Of a DNA stretch of 52,828 nucleotides, positions 26,378-35,332 are shown in pieces. Below the pieces are notes generated by a model. That model did not search any database. It had not been told where the DNA came from and worked only from the letters and a program-made list of their open reading frames with translations. The stretch comes from Candidatus Dormiibacterota bacterium (GTDB lineage: Bacteria > Chloroflexota > Dormibacteria > Dormibacterales > Dormibacteraceae), in the NCBI GenBank assembly GCA_036564345.1, contig DATCOZ010000299.1, forward strand, positions 1 to 52,828, read 5' to 3'. Position numbers and translations under genes: made by a program. Positions within the stretch are counted from its first letter, which is position 1. The number at the start of each line of letters is the position of its first letter.

Positions 26378-26485
26378 GCGGCGCGTAAGCCGGGTTTATC
26401 CCGGCCGAATGAGTGTTTCAATCGAAACCAAAGCCTGGCGCCGAGTGGGGGGTTTCTGGAAAGGGGGGCCTGCCCCCCTTTGCCC
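26378..26485 (+). repeat. REP-like intergenic element, copy 1 (GTAA + hairpin, G-tract, palindromic terminator)
   Basis: GGCGCGTAAGCCGGGTTTATCCCGGCC ... GAGTGGGGGGTTTCTGG-AAAGGGGGG-CCTG-CCCCCCTTT. Aligns with the copies at 49973-50083 (reverse) and 50558-50670. Sits between convergent genes. Confidence 0.7.
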
Positions 26486-26487
26486 CT

Positions 26488-27864
26488 TTAGCCCCGCGCC
26501 GTCGCCCGGGTCACGACCTCCTGCAGCTCGGGCTCGGCGAGAAGGATCTTGCGCTCCAGCTCGTCCTCGACGTGGTGCGCCTGCTCGAGCGAGACCTCGG
26601 GCGCCATCTCGACCACGACGTGGGCGGTGATCCGGCCGTGGCGGGAGCTGAGCTCCACGTCCCGGCAGCGGACCACCTCGGGCTCCTGAGCGACGATCTG
26701 CCGCACCCGGTCGGCGAGCTCGGTCTGGCTGGCGGTCACATCGCGGCCGGCGACGACGTCGGGCTCGAGGGGCTCGAGGTGGATGTCCACCCGGCTCGCC
26801 TCCGGCAGCTCCTCGCGCAGCTCGGCCTCCAGCTCGGAGGAGAGCTCCTCCGCCTCCTCCAGCTGCATCTGGCTGGGGAGCTTGGCGTGCAAGGTCAGAT
26901 GGAACGACCCGTCGCGCTCCTGCTCGATGGTCACGTTGTGGATGTCCCGAAAGGCGCCCAACCGGTTGGCGGCGGCGTGCACCCTCTCGACCAGGTTCGC
27001 CTGCTCCAGCTGGCCCTCCACGACGAGCACCAGGTCGACATCCGGCAGCCGCCGTGCCACCGCGTCCTCGACCTGCTTCGTCAGCGCCTGCGCCCCCTCC
27101 ACCGAGAGCGTTCGGCGGGTCGCCACCCGGGCATCGCCAAGCAGGCGGCCGCCCGACCGCCTGACCCTAACCGCGCGGACCTCACGAATCCCCTTCACGG
27201 CCGCGATCGCCGCTCGCAGCCCGGCTTCCGCGCCGGCGGGTGCCCGGTCCATCAGCTCGTCGCCGGCGTGGCGGAGGATCTGGACGGCGGTCACCGCGAT
27301 CAGGCCGGACACCAGGAGCGCCGCGACCGAGTCGGCCCAGGGGTAGCCGTAGCGGACCCCGATCAGCCCGGCCAGGACGCCGATCGAGGAGAGCACGTCG
27401 GCGACGCGGTTCTGGGCGTCGGCGGTGAGGGCATCGCTGCCGGCAGCCCTTCCCGCCCAGCGCAGCACCACCGCCCGCACCCCCTCGATCAGCATCGCGG
27501 CGGCGATCACGGCGAGCGCGTAATCCGTGGCGGAGACAGCGCTGGCGTGGCCGCCCAACCGCCGGGTCGCCTCGAGCGCGATGCCGCCCGCGGTCAGCAG
27601 GAGGAGGATGCCCTCCGTATAGGCGGCCAGGTTCTCGACCCGGCCGTGGCCGTAGAGGTGGTCGGCATCGGCCGGTCGCCGGGCGGTGGTGACGGCGACC
27701 AGGGCAAACCCGGAGGCGACCACGTCGAGCCCCGAATGGGCGGCTTCGCTGATGATCCCGAGGCTGCCGGTGAGCAGGCCGACGACGAGCTTGCCGACGC
27801 AGATCACAGCTCCGATGAGCAGTGACCCGAGCGCGACCTGCTGAGCTCGTCGGGTGGAATCCAT
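26488..27864 (-). CDS. Cation diffusion facilitator (CDF) transporter with three tandem C-terminal domain-like modules
   Basis: ATG at 27864. SEAAHSGLDV and HLYGHGRVE motifs, six TM helices, then three successive ZT_dimer-like segments. Confidence 0.85.
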   Translation of the reverse strand: MDSTRRAQQVALGSLLIGAVICVGKLVVGLLTGSLGIISEAAHSGLDVVASGFALVAVTTARRPADADHLYGHGRVENLAAYTEGILLLLTAGGIALEATRRLGGHASAVSATDYALAVIAAAMLIEGVRAVVLRWAGRAAGSDALTADAQNRVADVLSSIGVLAGLIGVRYGYPWADSVAALLVSGLIAVTAVQILRHAGDELMDRAPAGAEAGLRAAIAAVKGIREVRAVRVRRSGGRLLGDARVATRRTLSVEGAQALTKQVEDAVARRLPDVDLVLVVEGQLEQANLVERVHAAANRLGAFRDIHNVTIEQERDGSFHLTLHAKLPSQMQLEEAEELSSELEAELREELPEASRVDIHLEPLEPDVVAGRDVTASQTELADRVRQIVAQEPEVVRCRDVELSSRHGRITAHVVVEMAPEVSLEQAHHVEDELERKILLAEPELQEVVTRATARG

Positions 27865-27883
27865 GAACCGGCCGGTGCGAAGC

Positions 27884-28780
27884 CTACCCGGCGGGTTCGG
27901 CGCCCACCCAGTCGAGGATGCGGTCCGCGATCTCCTCGCCCTTGTCCTCCTGGACCATGTGCGCGGCACCCTTGATGATGTCCATCACGCCGTGGGCGCC
28001 GGGCAGCAGCTTGGCGAACCACCGGCCGACTTCGGGCCGGAAGACCGGATCGCCGTCGCTGAACATGACCAGGGCAGGGACCTGCCAGGTGCTGAGGCGG
28101 TCCTTGATCCGCCCCATCTCCGCGTCTCCCGGATCGCCCTTGTGGATCGGCACCAGCAGGGGGAAGGCCGCCACGCCCGCCTTCGACTCGCGGTTGGGCC
28201 AGGGCGCCTCGTAGGCGGCCAGGGTCGCGGCGTCGAGCTCGGTCGCGCAGCTGCTCTGCATCACCTTGCCGACGGGCATGTCGAGACCGACCCGCTCGGC
28301 GAAGTTCCGCCAGCTCATGAAGCCTTCCGTCGGCCAGCCATCCCCGGGCGACATGAGGCCGGTGTTGAGCACGACCAGCCGGCCGAAGCGCTCCGGCATC
28401 TCGGTCGCCACCCGCAGGCCGATCGGACCACCCCAGTCCTGCACCACGACGGTGATCCCGCGGAGGTCGAGTCGCTCGATCAGCGCCTCGATCGAGGCCG
28501 TGTGCCGGTCATACGTGTACCAGGCCACGTCGGTCGGCTTGTCGGAGCGTCCGAAGCCGAAGTAGTCGGGCGCGACGACCCGGAAGGCGCCCGCCAGGGT
28601 GGGGATCATCTTGCGGTAGAGGTACGACCAGTCGGGCTCGCCATGGAGGAGCAGGATCGGGTCCCCGTGGCCCTCGTCGAGGTAGTGCATCCGCATCCCG
28701 TCGATGTCCGCGTAGTGCGGCTCGAACGGGTAGCCGGGCAGGTTTTCGAAGCGCTCGTCGGGCGTTCGGTAGACGTCCAT
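27884..28780 (-). CDS. dhmA: Haloalkane dehalogenase (alpha/beta hydrolase, DhmA/DhlA-like)
   Basis: MDVYRTPDERFENLPGYPFEPHY...LLLHGEPDWSYLYRKMIP...FGFGRSDKP...VVQDWGG closely follows my memory of mycobacterial DhmA. Confidence 0.85.
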   Translation of the reverse strand: MDVYRTPDERFENLPGYPFEPHYADIDGMRMHYLDEGHGDPILLLHGEPDWSYLYRKMIPTLAGAFRVVAPDYFGFGRSDKPTDVAWYTYDRHTASIEALIERLDLRGITVVVQDWGGPIGLRVATEMPERFGRLVVLNTGLMSPGDGWPTEGFMSWRNFAERVGLDMPVGKVMQSSCATELDAATLAAYEAPWPNRESKAGVAAFPLLVPIHKGDPGDAEMGRIKDRLSTWQVPALVMFSDGDPVFRPEVGRWFAKLLPGAHGVMDIIKGAAHMVQEDKGEEIADRILDWVGAEPAG

Positions 28781-29590
28781 TCAGCAGTCGCGCTCCTCCT
28801 GGGGAAGGGTGACGTCTTCGGCGGGCTTGGTCGCGTCGGGGTCTTCGAGGCTTGGGTCGAGCGCCATGTCCGCCATCCGGTGGCCGGCCATCAGGTAGGG
28901 GGAGACCGCGTGGTTCGCGCCTGCCAGCTCGAGCCTTCGGATGGACGCCGCACGGCTCGCCCGCGCGACGATCCACAGCTTGGGGTTCATCGCCCGCGCG
29001 ATCAGGGTTATGTAGACGCTTCGCTCGTCGGAGTCGACGGCGCTGATGAGTGCCCTGGCGTGCTCGATGCCGGCCTCTTTCAGCACCTCCTCGCTGGCAG
29101 CATCGGCTTCGATGTGAAGCCGGTCCTCCTGGCGCAGCCGCTCGATCGCCTCCCGGTTGTTGTCGATGACGACGTAATCGTGCTGGGAGGATTCGAACTC
29201 GCTGACGACCTGGGTGCCGATCCTGCCGTAGCCGCAGACGATGAAGTGGCCGCGCAGCGCCCTCACCTTCCTCTCCAACCGCCTGACCCTCCTGAAATCG
29301 AGGAAATGACCTTCGCTCAGCGTCTCGGCGAACACGCCGAAGGCATAGAGCATGGTACCGACGCCGCCGACGATGAGAACGGAGGTGAACAGCCGGCCCG
29401 GGGTGTTCATCGGGTGCACCTCGGTGAAGCCCACCGTGGAGATTGTGATGATCGTCATGTAGAAGGAGTCGAAGAGGCTCCAGCGCTCGATCAAGGCGTA
29501 GCCCGCGGAGCCGAAGGCGATGAAGAACGCCAGCAGGACCGCCGGCAGTCGAAAGGGGGCGAAAGGGTTCCTGTAACCGGCTGAGATCAT
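28781..29590 (-). CDS. Two-TM potassium-channel-like protein with an RCK/TrkA-N domain
   Basis: Pore helix plus filter TISTVGFTEV (29420-29437 encodes TVGFTE). IVCGYGRIG Rossmann motif of the RCK domain. Confidence 0.8.
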   Translation of the reverse strand: MISAGYRNPFAPFRLPAVLLAFFIAFGSAGYALIERWSLFDSFYMTIITISTVGFTEVHPMNTPGRLFTSVLIVGGVGTMLYAFGVFAETLSEGHFLDFRRVRRLERKVRALRGHFIVCGYGRIGTQVVSEFESSQHDYVVIDNNREAIERLRQEDRLHIEADAASEEVLKEAGIEHARALISAVDSDERSVYITLIARAMNPKLWIVARASRAASIRRLELAGANHAVSPYLMAGHRMADMALDPSLEDPDATKPAEDVTLPQEERDC

Positions 29591-29596
29591 CGCGCC

Positions 29597-30325
29597 CTAA
29601 ATTCCCAGATAGGCCTTCCTGACGCCGGGGTCGGCGCGCAGCTCGGCCGCCGGCCCGGCCAGCACCACCTGGCCGTTCTCGAGGACGTAGCCACGGTCGG
29701 CGGCCTCCAGCGCGACCAGCACGTCCTGCTCGACGAGGAGCAGCGAGGTGCCGTCCCGGTTTATCTCACGGGCGACCTCGATCAGCCGTTCGACGACCTT
29801 CGGAGCCAGTCCCAGCGACAGCTCATCGAGCATCAGGAGCTTTGGGCGCGCCATGAGCCCACGGCCGATGGCGACCATCTGCTGCTCACCGCCGGAGAGG
29901 GTGCCCGCGTCGCGGCCGAGCTTGTCGGCGAGGGCGGGAAAGTAGCCGACGATCCGCGGGATGTCGGAGCGGATCTCGCGGTCCCGGCGCAGGTAAGCGC
30001 CGAGCAGGAGGTTGCGCTCGACCGTCAGGGTGCTGAAAAGCCGCCTGCCCTGGGGCACGTGGGCGACGCCGGCCTGGACGACCTCCTCCGGCCGGGCGTT
30101 GGTGATCTCGCGACCAGCGAAGAGGACAGTTCCGGAAGTCGCCCGGACCAGCCCGCTGAGCGTTCCCAGGAGGGTGGATTTGCCGGCGCCGTTGGCACCG
30201 ATGAGGGCGACCAGCTCGCCCTCGAAGATGTCGAGATCGATCCCGAAGAGGACCGGGCCGGCGCCGAAGCCGGAGGTCAGGCCGCGGACGCTGAGAAGAG
30301 GTTCAGCCTTCCTGCTGTCGGGCAT
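29597..30325 (-). CDS. livF: Branched-chain amino acid ABC transporter ATP-binding protein (LivF-type)
   Basis: GANGAGKST Walker A, LSGGEQQ signature, 242 aa, last gene of the LIV-type operon. Confidence 0.85.
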   Translation of the reverse strand: MPDSRKAEPLLSVRGLTSGFGAGPVLFGIDLDIFEGELVALIGANGAGKSTLLGTLSGLVRATSGTVLFAGREITNARPEEVVQAGVAHVPQGRRLFSTLTVERNLLLGAYLRRDREIRSDIPRIVGYFPALADKLGRDAGTLSGGEQQMVAIGRGLMARPKLLMLDELSLGLAPKVVERLIEVAREINRDGTSLLLVEQDVLVALEAADRGYVLENGQVVLAGPAAELRADPGVRKAYLGI

Positions 30326-31067
30326 ACCGCTCCCCCAGGTAGGCCTCGATCACGCGGCGGTCCCGGAGCACCTCGCGAGGCTCGCCCTCGGCCAGCAGCT
30401 TGCCGAAGTGGAGCACGATCGCGCGCTCGCAGACGCCGACGATCACGCGCATCACGTGCTCGATCAAGACGATCGTGACGCCCGTGGCGTGGACGGCGCG
30501 AATCATCTCGAGCGCCTCGTCGACCTCGACGTGGTTGAGCCCGGCCATCACCTCGTCGAGCAGCAGCAGGCGGGGCTTCGTAGCGACCGCCCGTGCCACC
30601 TCCAGGCGCTTCCGGTCGGGGATCGTCAGCGCCGTGACCGGGAGCGCGGCCTTGGTTGCGAGGCCGACCAGCTCGAGCACCTCGTCGGCGCGCTGGAAGG
30701 CCAGCTTGGGAGGCAGGTGCGCTTCGGCGCTGCCGAACAGGGCACCGACGGCGGCATTCTCGCGGACGGTCATAGAGGCGAACGGCTTGACGACCTGGAA
30801 GGTCCGTCCGATGCCGAGCGAGGCGATCCGGTGGGGTGGCCTCCCGGAGATCGACTCGCCGCGCCAGCGGATATCGCCGGCATCCAACCGATGGACTCCG
30901 CTGATACAGTTGAGGAGCGTCGTCTTGCCGGCGCCGTTGGGCCCGATGATGCCGAGAATCTCGCCCTCCCGGCAGCTGAAGCTGATGCCGTCCAGCGCTG
31001 CCACGCCGCCGAACCGCTTCGTGACGCCTCGCAGCTCCAGCTGCGCGGTCGCGACCGGCGCGCTCAA
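30303..31067 (-). CDS. livG: Branched-chain amino acid ABC transporter ATP-binding protein (LivG-type)
   Basis: TTG start overlapping the permease stop (TTGA). GPNGAGKTT Walker A; LLLLDEVMAGL Walker B. Confidence 0.85.
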   Translation of the reverse strand: MSAPVATAQLELRGVTKRFGGVAALDGISFSCREGEILGIIGPNGAGKTTLLNCISGVHRLDAGDIRWRGESISGRPPHRIASLGIGRTFQVVKPFASMTVRENAAVGALFGSAEAHLPPKLAFQRADEVLELVGLATKAALPVTALTIPDRKRLEVARAVATKPRLLLLDEVMAGLNHVEVDEALEMIRAVHATGVTIVLIEHVMRVIVGVCERAIVLHFGKLLAEGEPREVLRDRRVIEAYLGERYARQQEG

Positions 31068-32164
31068 ACCGACGTCTCGCGCAGCGAGCGCCGGAGGTAG
31101 TTAAGGGAGAGGCGGCTCTGGCCGCCGAAGAAGTCGATCACCCCGCGGGGCACGAAGACAACGACTGCCACGAGCAGCAGGCCGAGGATCACCTGGGCGA
31201 GGACCGGGCGCGCGTCGGCGGGGACGAACGGGATGTCGGCCGAGATGGGCAGGCTCCCGGAAAGGAATTGGATCAGGAGCTGGAGCAGTACGGCGCCGAT
31301 GATCGGGCCGAAGAGCGTGCCGGCGCCGCCGATGAGCGCCATCAGGATCATCTGGATGTTGTATTCGATGGGGAACACGTTCTCCTGGTTGATGAAGACG
31401 TTCCACTGCGCGAAGATGCCGCCCGCCAACCCGGTGAGAGCGGCTGCCAGCGCGAAAGCGGACACCTTGTAGGCGGTCGTGTTGACGCCCATCACGGCGG
31501 CCGCCTCCTCGTTCTCGCGGATGGCGATCAGCCCGTAGCCGAAGCGGCTGCGGAGGACCCACCAGGTCACCGCCACGGTCAGCACGGCCGCCCCGACCAT
31601 CAGGTAGAAGTAGGTGATATCGTGGCCCACGATCGGCAGGAACAAACCGGTCGAGCCGCCGAAGACCGGGTGTCCTCGGAAGTCGACGTTCTGGATGACC
31701 TCGCCCACGGCGACGCCTGTTCCCAGGCTCGCCACCGCGAAGTAATGGCCGCGGAGCCGGAGCAGCGGGACGCCGATCAGCGTCGCGAAGGCGGCCGACG
31801 CAAGGGGGGCCGCGGGTAGGGCGGCGAAGAATGGCCACTTCGCTTTCGCGATCAACATCCCGGTCGTGTAGGCGCCGATGCCGAAGAAGGCGACGTTGCC
31901 GAATGCCGCATAGCCGGTCAGCCCGCCGATGATGTTCCAGGCCGAGGCCATCACCGCGAACATCGCGATGATCGTCGCGATCCGGAACCAGAGGCGGTCG
32001 GCGAGCAGCGGCACGCCGATGGCTTGCGCTGCGTCGGTCGAGGTCAGCGGAGCGAGCAGGGCGTAGACGAAAACCGCCGCACCGATGATCAGGAAGATGC
32101 GCCGCCAGCGGCGGCCCGAGGCGTCGGGTCGGGTCGTGTAAGAGGATCGCTCCGGCGTGCTCAC
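31064..32164 (-). CDS. livM: Branched-chain amino acid ABC transporter permease (LivM-type)
   Basis: GTG at 32164 overlaps the livH-type stop (GTGA). The upstream part of the 627-aa track ORF is an out-of-frame shadow. Confidence 0.8.
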   Translation of the reverse strand: MSTPERSSYTTRPDASGRRWRRIFLIIGAAVFVYALLAPLTSTDAAQAIGVPLLADRLWFRIATIIAMFAVMASAWNIIGGLTGYAAFGNVAFFGIGAYTTGMLIAKAKWPFFAALPAAPLASAAFATLIGVPLLRLRGHYFAVASLGTGVAVGEVIQNVDFRGHPVFGGSTGLFLPIVGHDITYFYLMVGAAVLTVAVTWWVLRSRFGYGLIAIRENEEAAAVMGVNTTAYKVSAFALAAALTGLAGGIFAQWNVFINQENVFPIEYNIQMILMALIGGAGTLFGPIIGAVLLQLLIQFLSGSLPISADIPFVPADARPVLAQVILGLLLVAVVVFVPRGVIDFFGGQSRLSLNYLRRSLRETSV

Positions 32165-33030
32165 GGCTTCCGGCCCAGCAGTCCCTGCGGGCGCGTCACC
32201 AGGACCAGGACGAGAAGGCCGAAGGCGATGGCGTTGGCATAGACCGATCCCGAGCCCGGGATCGACTGGGCGAAGACCTCGATCAGCCCGAAGAGCAGGC
32301 CGCCGACGACCGTGGCGCTCACCCGTCCCAGACCGCCCAGGATGACAACCACGAACGCCTGCAGCGTGTAGGGCTCGCCGGCGGTCGGGGTGATCGCCTG
32401 GATCAGCGCGATCAGGCCTCCCGCCACCCCGGCACAGGCGGCGCCGAGCCCGAAGGTCAGCGCGTAGATGTGGCGGAGGTCGATCCCGACCAGCTGCGCG
32501 GCGTCGCGGTCGGCGCCCACGGCCTGGATGGCGAGCCCGGTCCGAGTGCGGCCGAGGATCAGCCCGAGGATCCCGGCGAGGAGAAGGGCGATCGCAAGGG
32601 ACGCCAGGCGGGTGTAGGGGAGCACAAGTGGACCGAGGTTCAACCCCGCACCCGCATAGCTCGGCGTCACCGACCGGAAATCGGACTTGAAGAGGAAGAG
32701 AAGGACGTTGATGATCACCAGATTCACGCCGAAGGTGAGCAGGAAGGTGAAGAGCAGCGGGGCGCGGATCACGCGGTTGATGAGCAGCCGCTGGAGCGCG
32801 TAGCCGATCCCGAAGAGCAAGGCCGCGTCGAGCGGCAGGCTCAGGAACGGGTCCAGCCCGTAGCTGCTGAAGAGCTTCCAGGTCAGGTAGGAACCGACGA
32901 TGACAAGGGCCCCGTGGGAGAGGTTGACGATGTTCAACACCCCCCATACCAGGCCGAAGCCGACGCCGACCGCGACGTAGACCCCGCCAATCAGCAGGCC
33001 CAGGACGACCAGCTGGACGATGTAGGCCAA
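32161..33030 (-). CDS. livH: Branched-chain amino acid ABC transporter permease (LivH-type)
   Basis: 289 aa; MAYIVQLVVLGLLIGGVYVAVGVGFGLVWGVLNIVNLSHGA is the typical LivH N-terminus. Confidence 0.85.
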   Translation of the reverse strand: MAYIVQLVVLGLLIGGVYVAVGVGFGLVWGVLNIVNLSHGALVIVGSYLTWKLFSSYGLDPFLSLPLDAALLFGIGYALQRLLINRVIRAPLLFTFLLTFGVNLVIINVLLFLFKSDFRSVTPSYAGAGLNLGPLVLPYTRLASLAIALLLAGILGLILGRTRTGLAIQAVGADRDAAQLVGIDLRHIYALTFGLGAACAGVAGGLIALIQAITPTAGEPYTLQAFVVVILGGLGRVSATVVGGLLFGLIEVFAQSIPGSGSVYANAIAFGLLVLVLVTRPQGLLGRKP

Positions 33031-33046
33031 GACCCTACATCCCGGT

Positions 33047-34282
33047 TTAGCGCTGGTCCCAGACTGGAGTCGGGTACTTGGGCTGGGTGTCCGCCACGCT
33101 CGGTGGATAGACGGTGTGGTGGGCTCCGCTCTGGATCTGCTCGACGACCATCGGCTTGTAGATGTTGAGGCCGCGCGTGTCGAACTTGATCTGGCCGAAG
33201 AAGGTCGTCACGTCCAGCTTGGCGAGGGCGTCGCGAACCTTCTTGGGGTCGGTCGATTTGGCGTTCTCGATGGCACGCTGGAAGGCGAGGCATGCCGCCG
33301 TGGACTCGGCTACGTGGTAGTCCGGATCGCCCGCCCCGGGGTACTTCTTGTGATAGGCATCGACGTATTGCTGAACTGTCAGGTAGAAGGCCGCCTTGTA
33401 CTTCACCTGCGGCGTCCACTGGGAGCCGTCGTAGACGAAGTCGGCGTCCTTGCCCAGGGCGCTGATGAAGTCAGGGGTCGAGGGGCCGACCGAGTAGGCG
33501 AAGATCTTCGCGTTCAGCTGCTGCTCCTTGGCCGCCTTGTTGATCGCGATCGCCTCCTGCAGGTGGCCGGAGTTGAGGACGATGTCGGGAGATGAGGCCT
33601 TGGCGGCCTGGACCTCGGCGACCAGGTTGGTCGCGCCGTTCTTGTACTTCTTGTAGACGACGATCTGCATCCCCTTGGTCGGCGCGTACTGGTTGACAGC
33701 GTCGGCGACCTCGAGGCTGAAGTTGTCGTCGGCGCTGAGCAGCGCGATCTTGGTCGGCTTGGGATTCAGGGTGGCCGCCATGTCGATGACGCCCTGGAGG
33801 TACTTGTTGGCGGGGCTGAGCACACCGAAGGTGTACTGGTAGCCCTGGTTGAAGATCGCCTGGGCGGCCCCGTTGGCCTCGACCATGGGGATCTGGTTCT
33901 TCTCCGCGATGGCGGCGTCGGTCGCCGTCGCCGCGGAACCATAGGGACCGAGCAGGAACTGCGCCTTGTCCTCGGTGATCAGCTTCTGCATCAGCACCGC
34001 CGACTGGTTGGCATTGCTGGTGTCGTCGTAGTACTTGATCTTGATCGGGTGCTTGACCCCGGCGATGTTGATGCCACCCTGCTGGTTGATCCAATCCGCC
34101 CAGAGGTCGTAGCCCTGCTGGGTCAGCATCGATTCCTTGGTGAGCGACCCGGTGAGCCCGAGGGGCGCGCCGAAGGTGATCGTCTCCCCCGTCGTGGTGG
34201 TGGTCGCACCCGAGTTCGACCCTCCGCAGGCGACCGTGATGAGTGTCGCAACAACCATTACAACGAAGCGTCGTCCAATCAT
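33047..34282 (-). CDS. ABC transporter substrate-binding lipoprotein (LivK/type I periplasmic binding fold)
   Basis: ATG at 34282. Lipobox LITVAC-GGS. FGAPLGLTGSL...LLGPYGS motifs. The N-terminal 142 codons of the track ORF were discarded. Confidence 0.85.
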   Translation of the reverse strand: MIGRRFVVMVVATLITVACGGSNSGATTTTTGETITFGAPLGLTGSLTKESMLTQQGYDLWADWINQQGGINIAGVKHPIKIKYYDDTSNANQSAVLMQKLITEDKAQFLLGPYGSAATATDAAIAEKNQIPMVEANGAAQAIFNQGYQYTFGVLSPANKYLQGVIDMAATLNPKPTKIALLSADDNFSLEVADAVNQYAPTKGMQIVVYKKYKNGATNLVAEVQAAKASSPDIVLNSGHLQEAIAINKAAKEQQLNAKIFAYSVGPSTPDFISALGKDADFVYDGSQWTPQVKYKAAFYLTVQQYVDAYHKKYPGAGDPDYHVAESTAACLAFQRAIENAKSTDPKKVRDALAKLDVTTFFGQIKFDTRGLNIYKPMVVEQIQSGAHHTVYPPSVADTQPKYPTPVWDQR

Positions 34283-34332
34283 GAAACTCAGAATAGGCCC
34301 GACGACGGGAGGGTGGACGTCGCCTTTGCGAA

Positions 34333-34818
34333 TCAGGCTCGGGCGAGGGTGCGGCCGACGAGCCGGACGAGCTCCGTCTCGCTTCCCGAGCGGTTCTCCA
34401 GGTTCAGCTGGAAAAGTGTCAACACATCCTCCGGCTGCCGCTGGCGCGTGGTGGGAGCATCGGGTGAGATTCCGGCGCGCACGGCGTCGAGGGCAGGCAG
34501 CTGCTCGACCCTGATCTGCGCCATCTCGAGCCGCCGCCGAGCATCCTTGGAGAGCTGCCTGACCTCGGCCTCGACAAGCGACCGGAACCGATCGGGCTCG
34601 ATCCGCACCGGCGCCGGCCGCTTGCGGGAGAGCTGGGAAGCGCGGCGGAAGGCATCGTCGCTCGCCGCCGGCATGGCCGTGTAGCGGCTGATACAGCCGA
34701 GCAGCCACCAGGCCTCGGCATCCTTCGGCTGGCGCTCGCAGGCGGCCTGCGCGACCTCCAGCGCATCGTGCATCTCTCCGGCCTCGTAAAGGGACCGCGC
34801 CTTCTGTAGAAGCTCCAC
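34333..34818 (-). CDS. TPR-like N-terminus fused to a Zincin_1 (DUF1025)-like segment that ends before the HExxH position
   Basis: LYEAGEMHDALEVAQAACERQPKDAEAWWLLG (TPR-like). FRSLVEAEVRQLSKDARRRLEMAQIRVEQLP...ELVRLVGRTLARA-stop. Confidence 0.6.
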   Translation of the reverse strand: MELLQKARSLYEAGEMHDALEVAQAACERQPKDAEAWWLLGCISRYTAMPAASDDAFRRASQLSRKRPAPVRIEPDRFRSLVEAEVRQLSKDARRRLEMAQIRVEQLPALDAVRAGISPDAPTTRQRQPEDVLTLFQLNLENRSGSETELVRLVGRTLARA

Positions 34819-34846
34819 GGGCGCGGCTACTCTAGCTCACAGTCCG

Positions 34847-35332
34847 ATGAGGCTGTTCAGGTCCCAACCTCGCATCGCACTGGCCGGCGCCGACGAGGCG
34901 GCGGCCATCGCCGGGCTCTACGCGCGGGCTTGGGAAGGGCTCCGCGGCAGGCTCGACGAGCGCCTGATCGCGGACCAGACGCCCGGCGCGGAAGAGGTCG
35001 CCGCCTGGCTCAAGGGTGGCTTCGAGGTGTTCACCGCCGTCTCCGACGGCATCCTCGTCGGGGTTGTCCGCTGCAGCTTCCCGACCGGCACCTGCCTGGT
35101 CGACCGGATGGCGGTCGACCCTGAGCGCGGCAATAACGGCATCGGCCGAGCGTTGGCCGAGCACGCCATCTCGCGCGCCCGACGTGCTGGAGTGACCAAG
35201 GTCTGGGTCCAGGCGACGCCCAAGCTGGAGGAGGTGGTGAACCTCTACCGCTCGCTCGGCTTCCGGGAGTCGGCCCATCTTCGTGCCCACCACTGGGGCG
35301 AGGACGTGACCCTGATGGAGCTCCCCCTGTGA
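34847..35332 (+). CDS. GNAT-family N-acetyltransferase
   Basis: 161 aa. RMAVDPERGNNGIGRALAEHAISRARRAG is an acetyl-CoA binding motif (motif A-like). Confidence 0.8.
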   Translation: MRLFRSQPRIALAGADEAAAIAGLYARAWEGLRGRLDERLIADQTPGAEEVAAWLKGGFEVFTAVSDGILVGVVRCSFPTGTCLVDRMAVDPERGNNGIGRALAEHAISRARRAGVTKVWVQATPKLEEVVNLYRSLGFRESAHLRAHHWGEDVTLMELPL

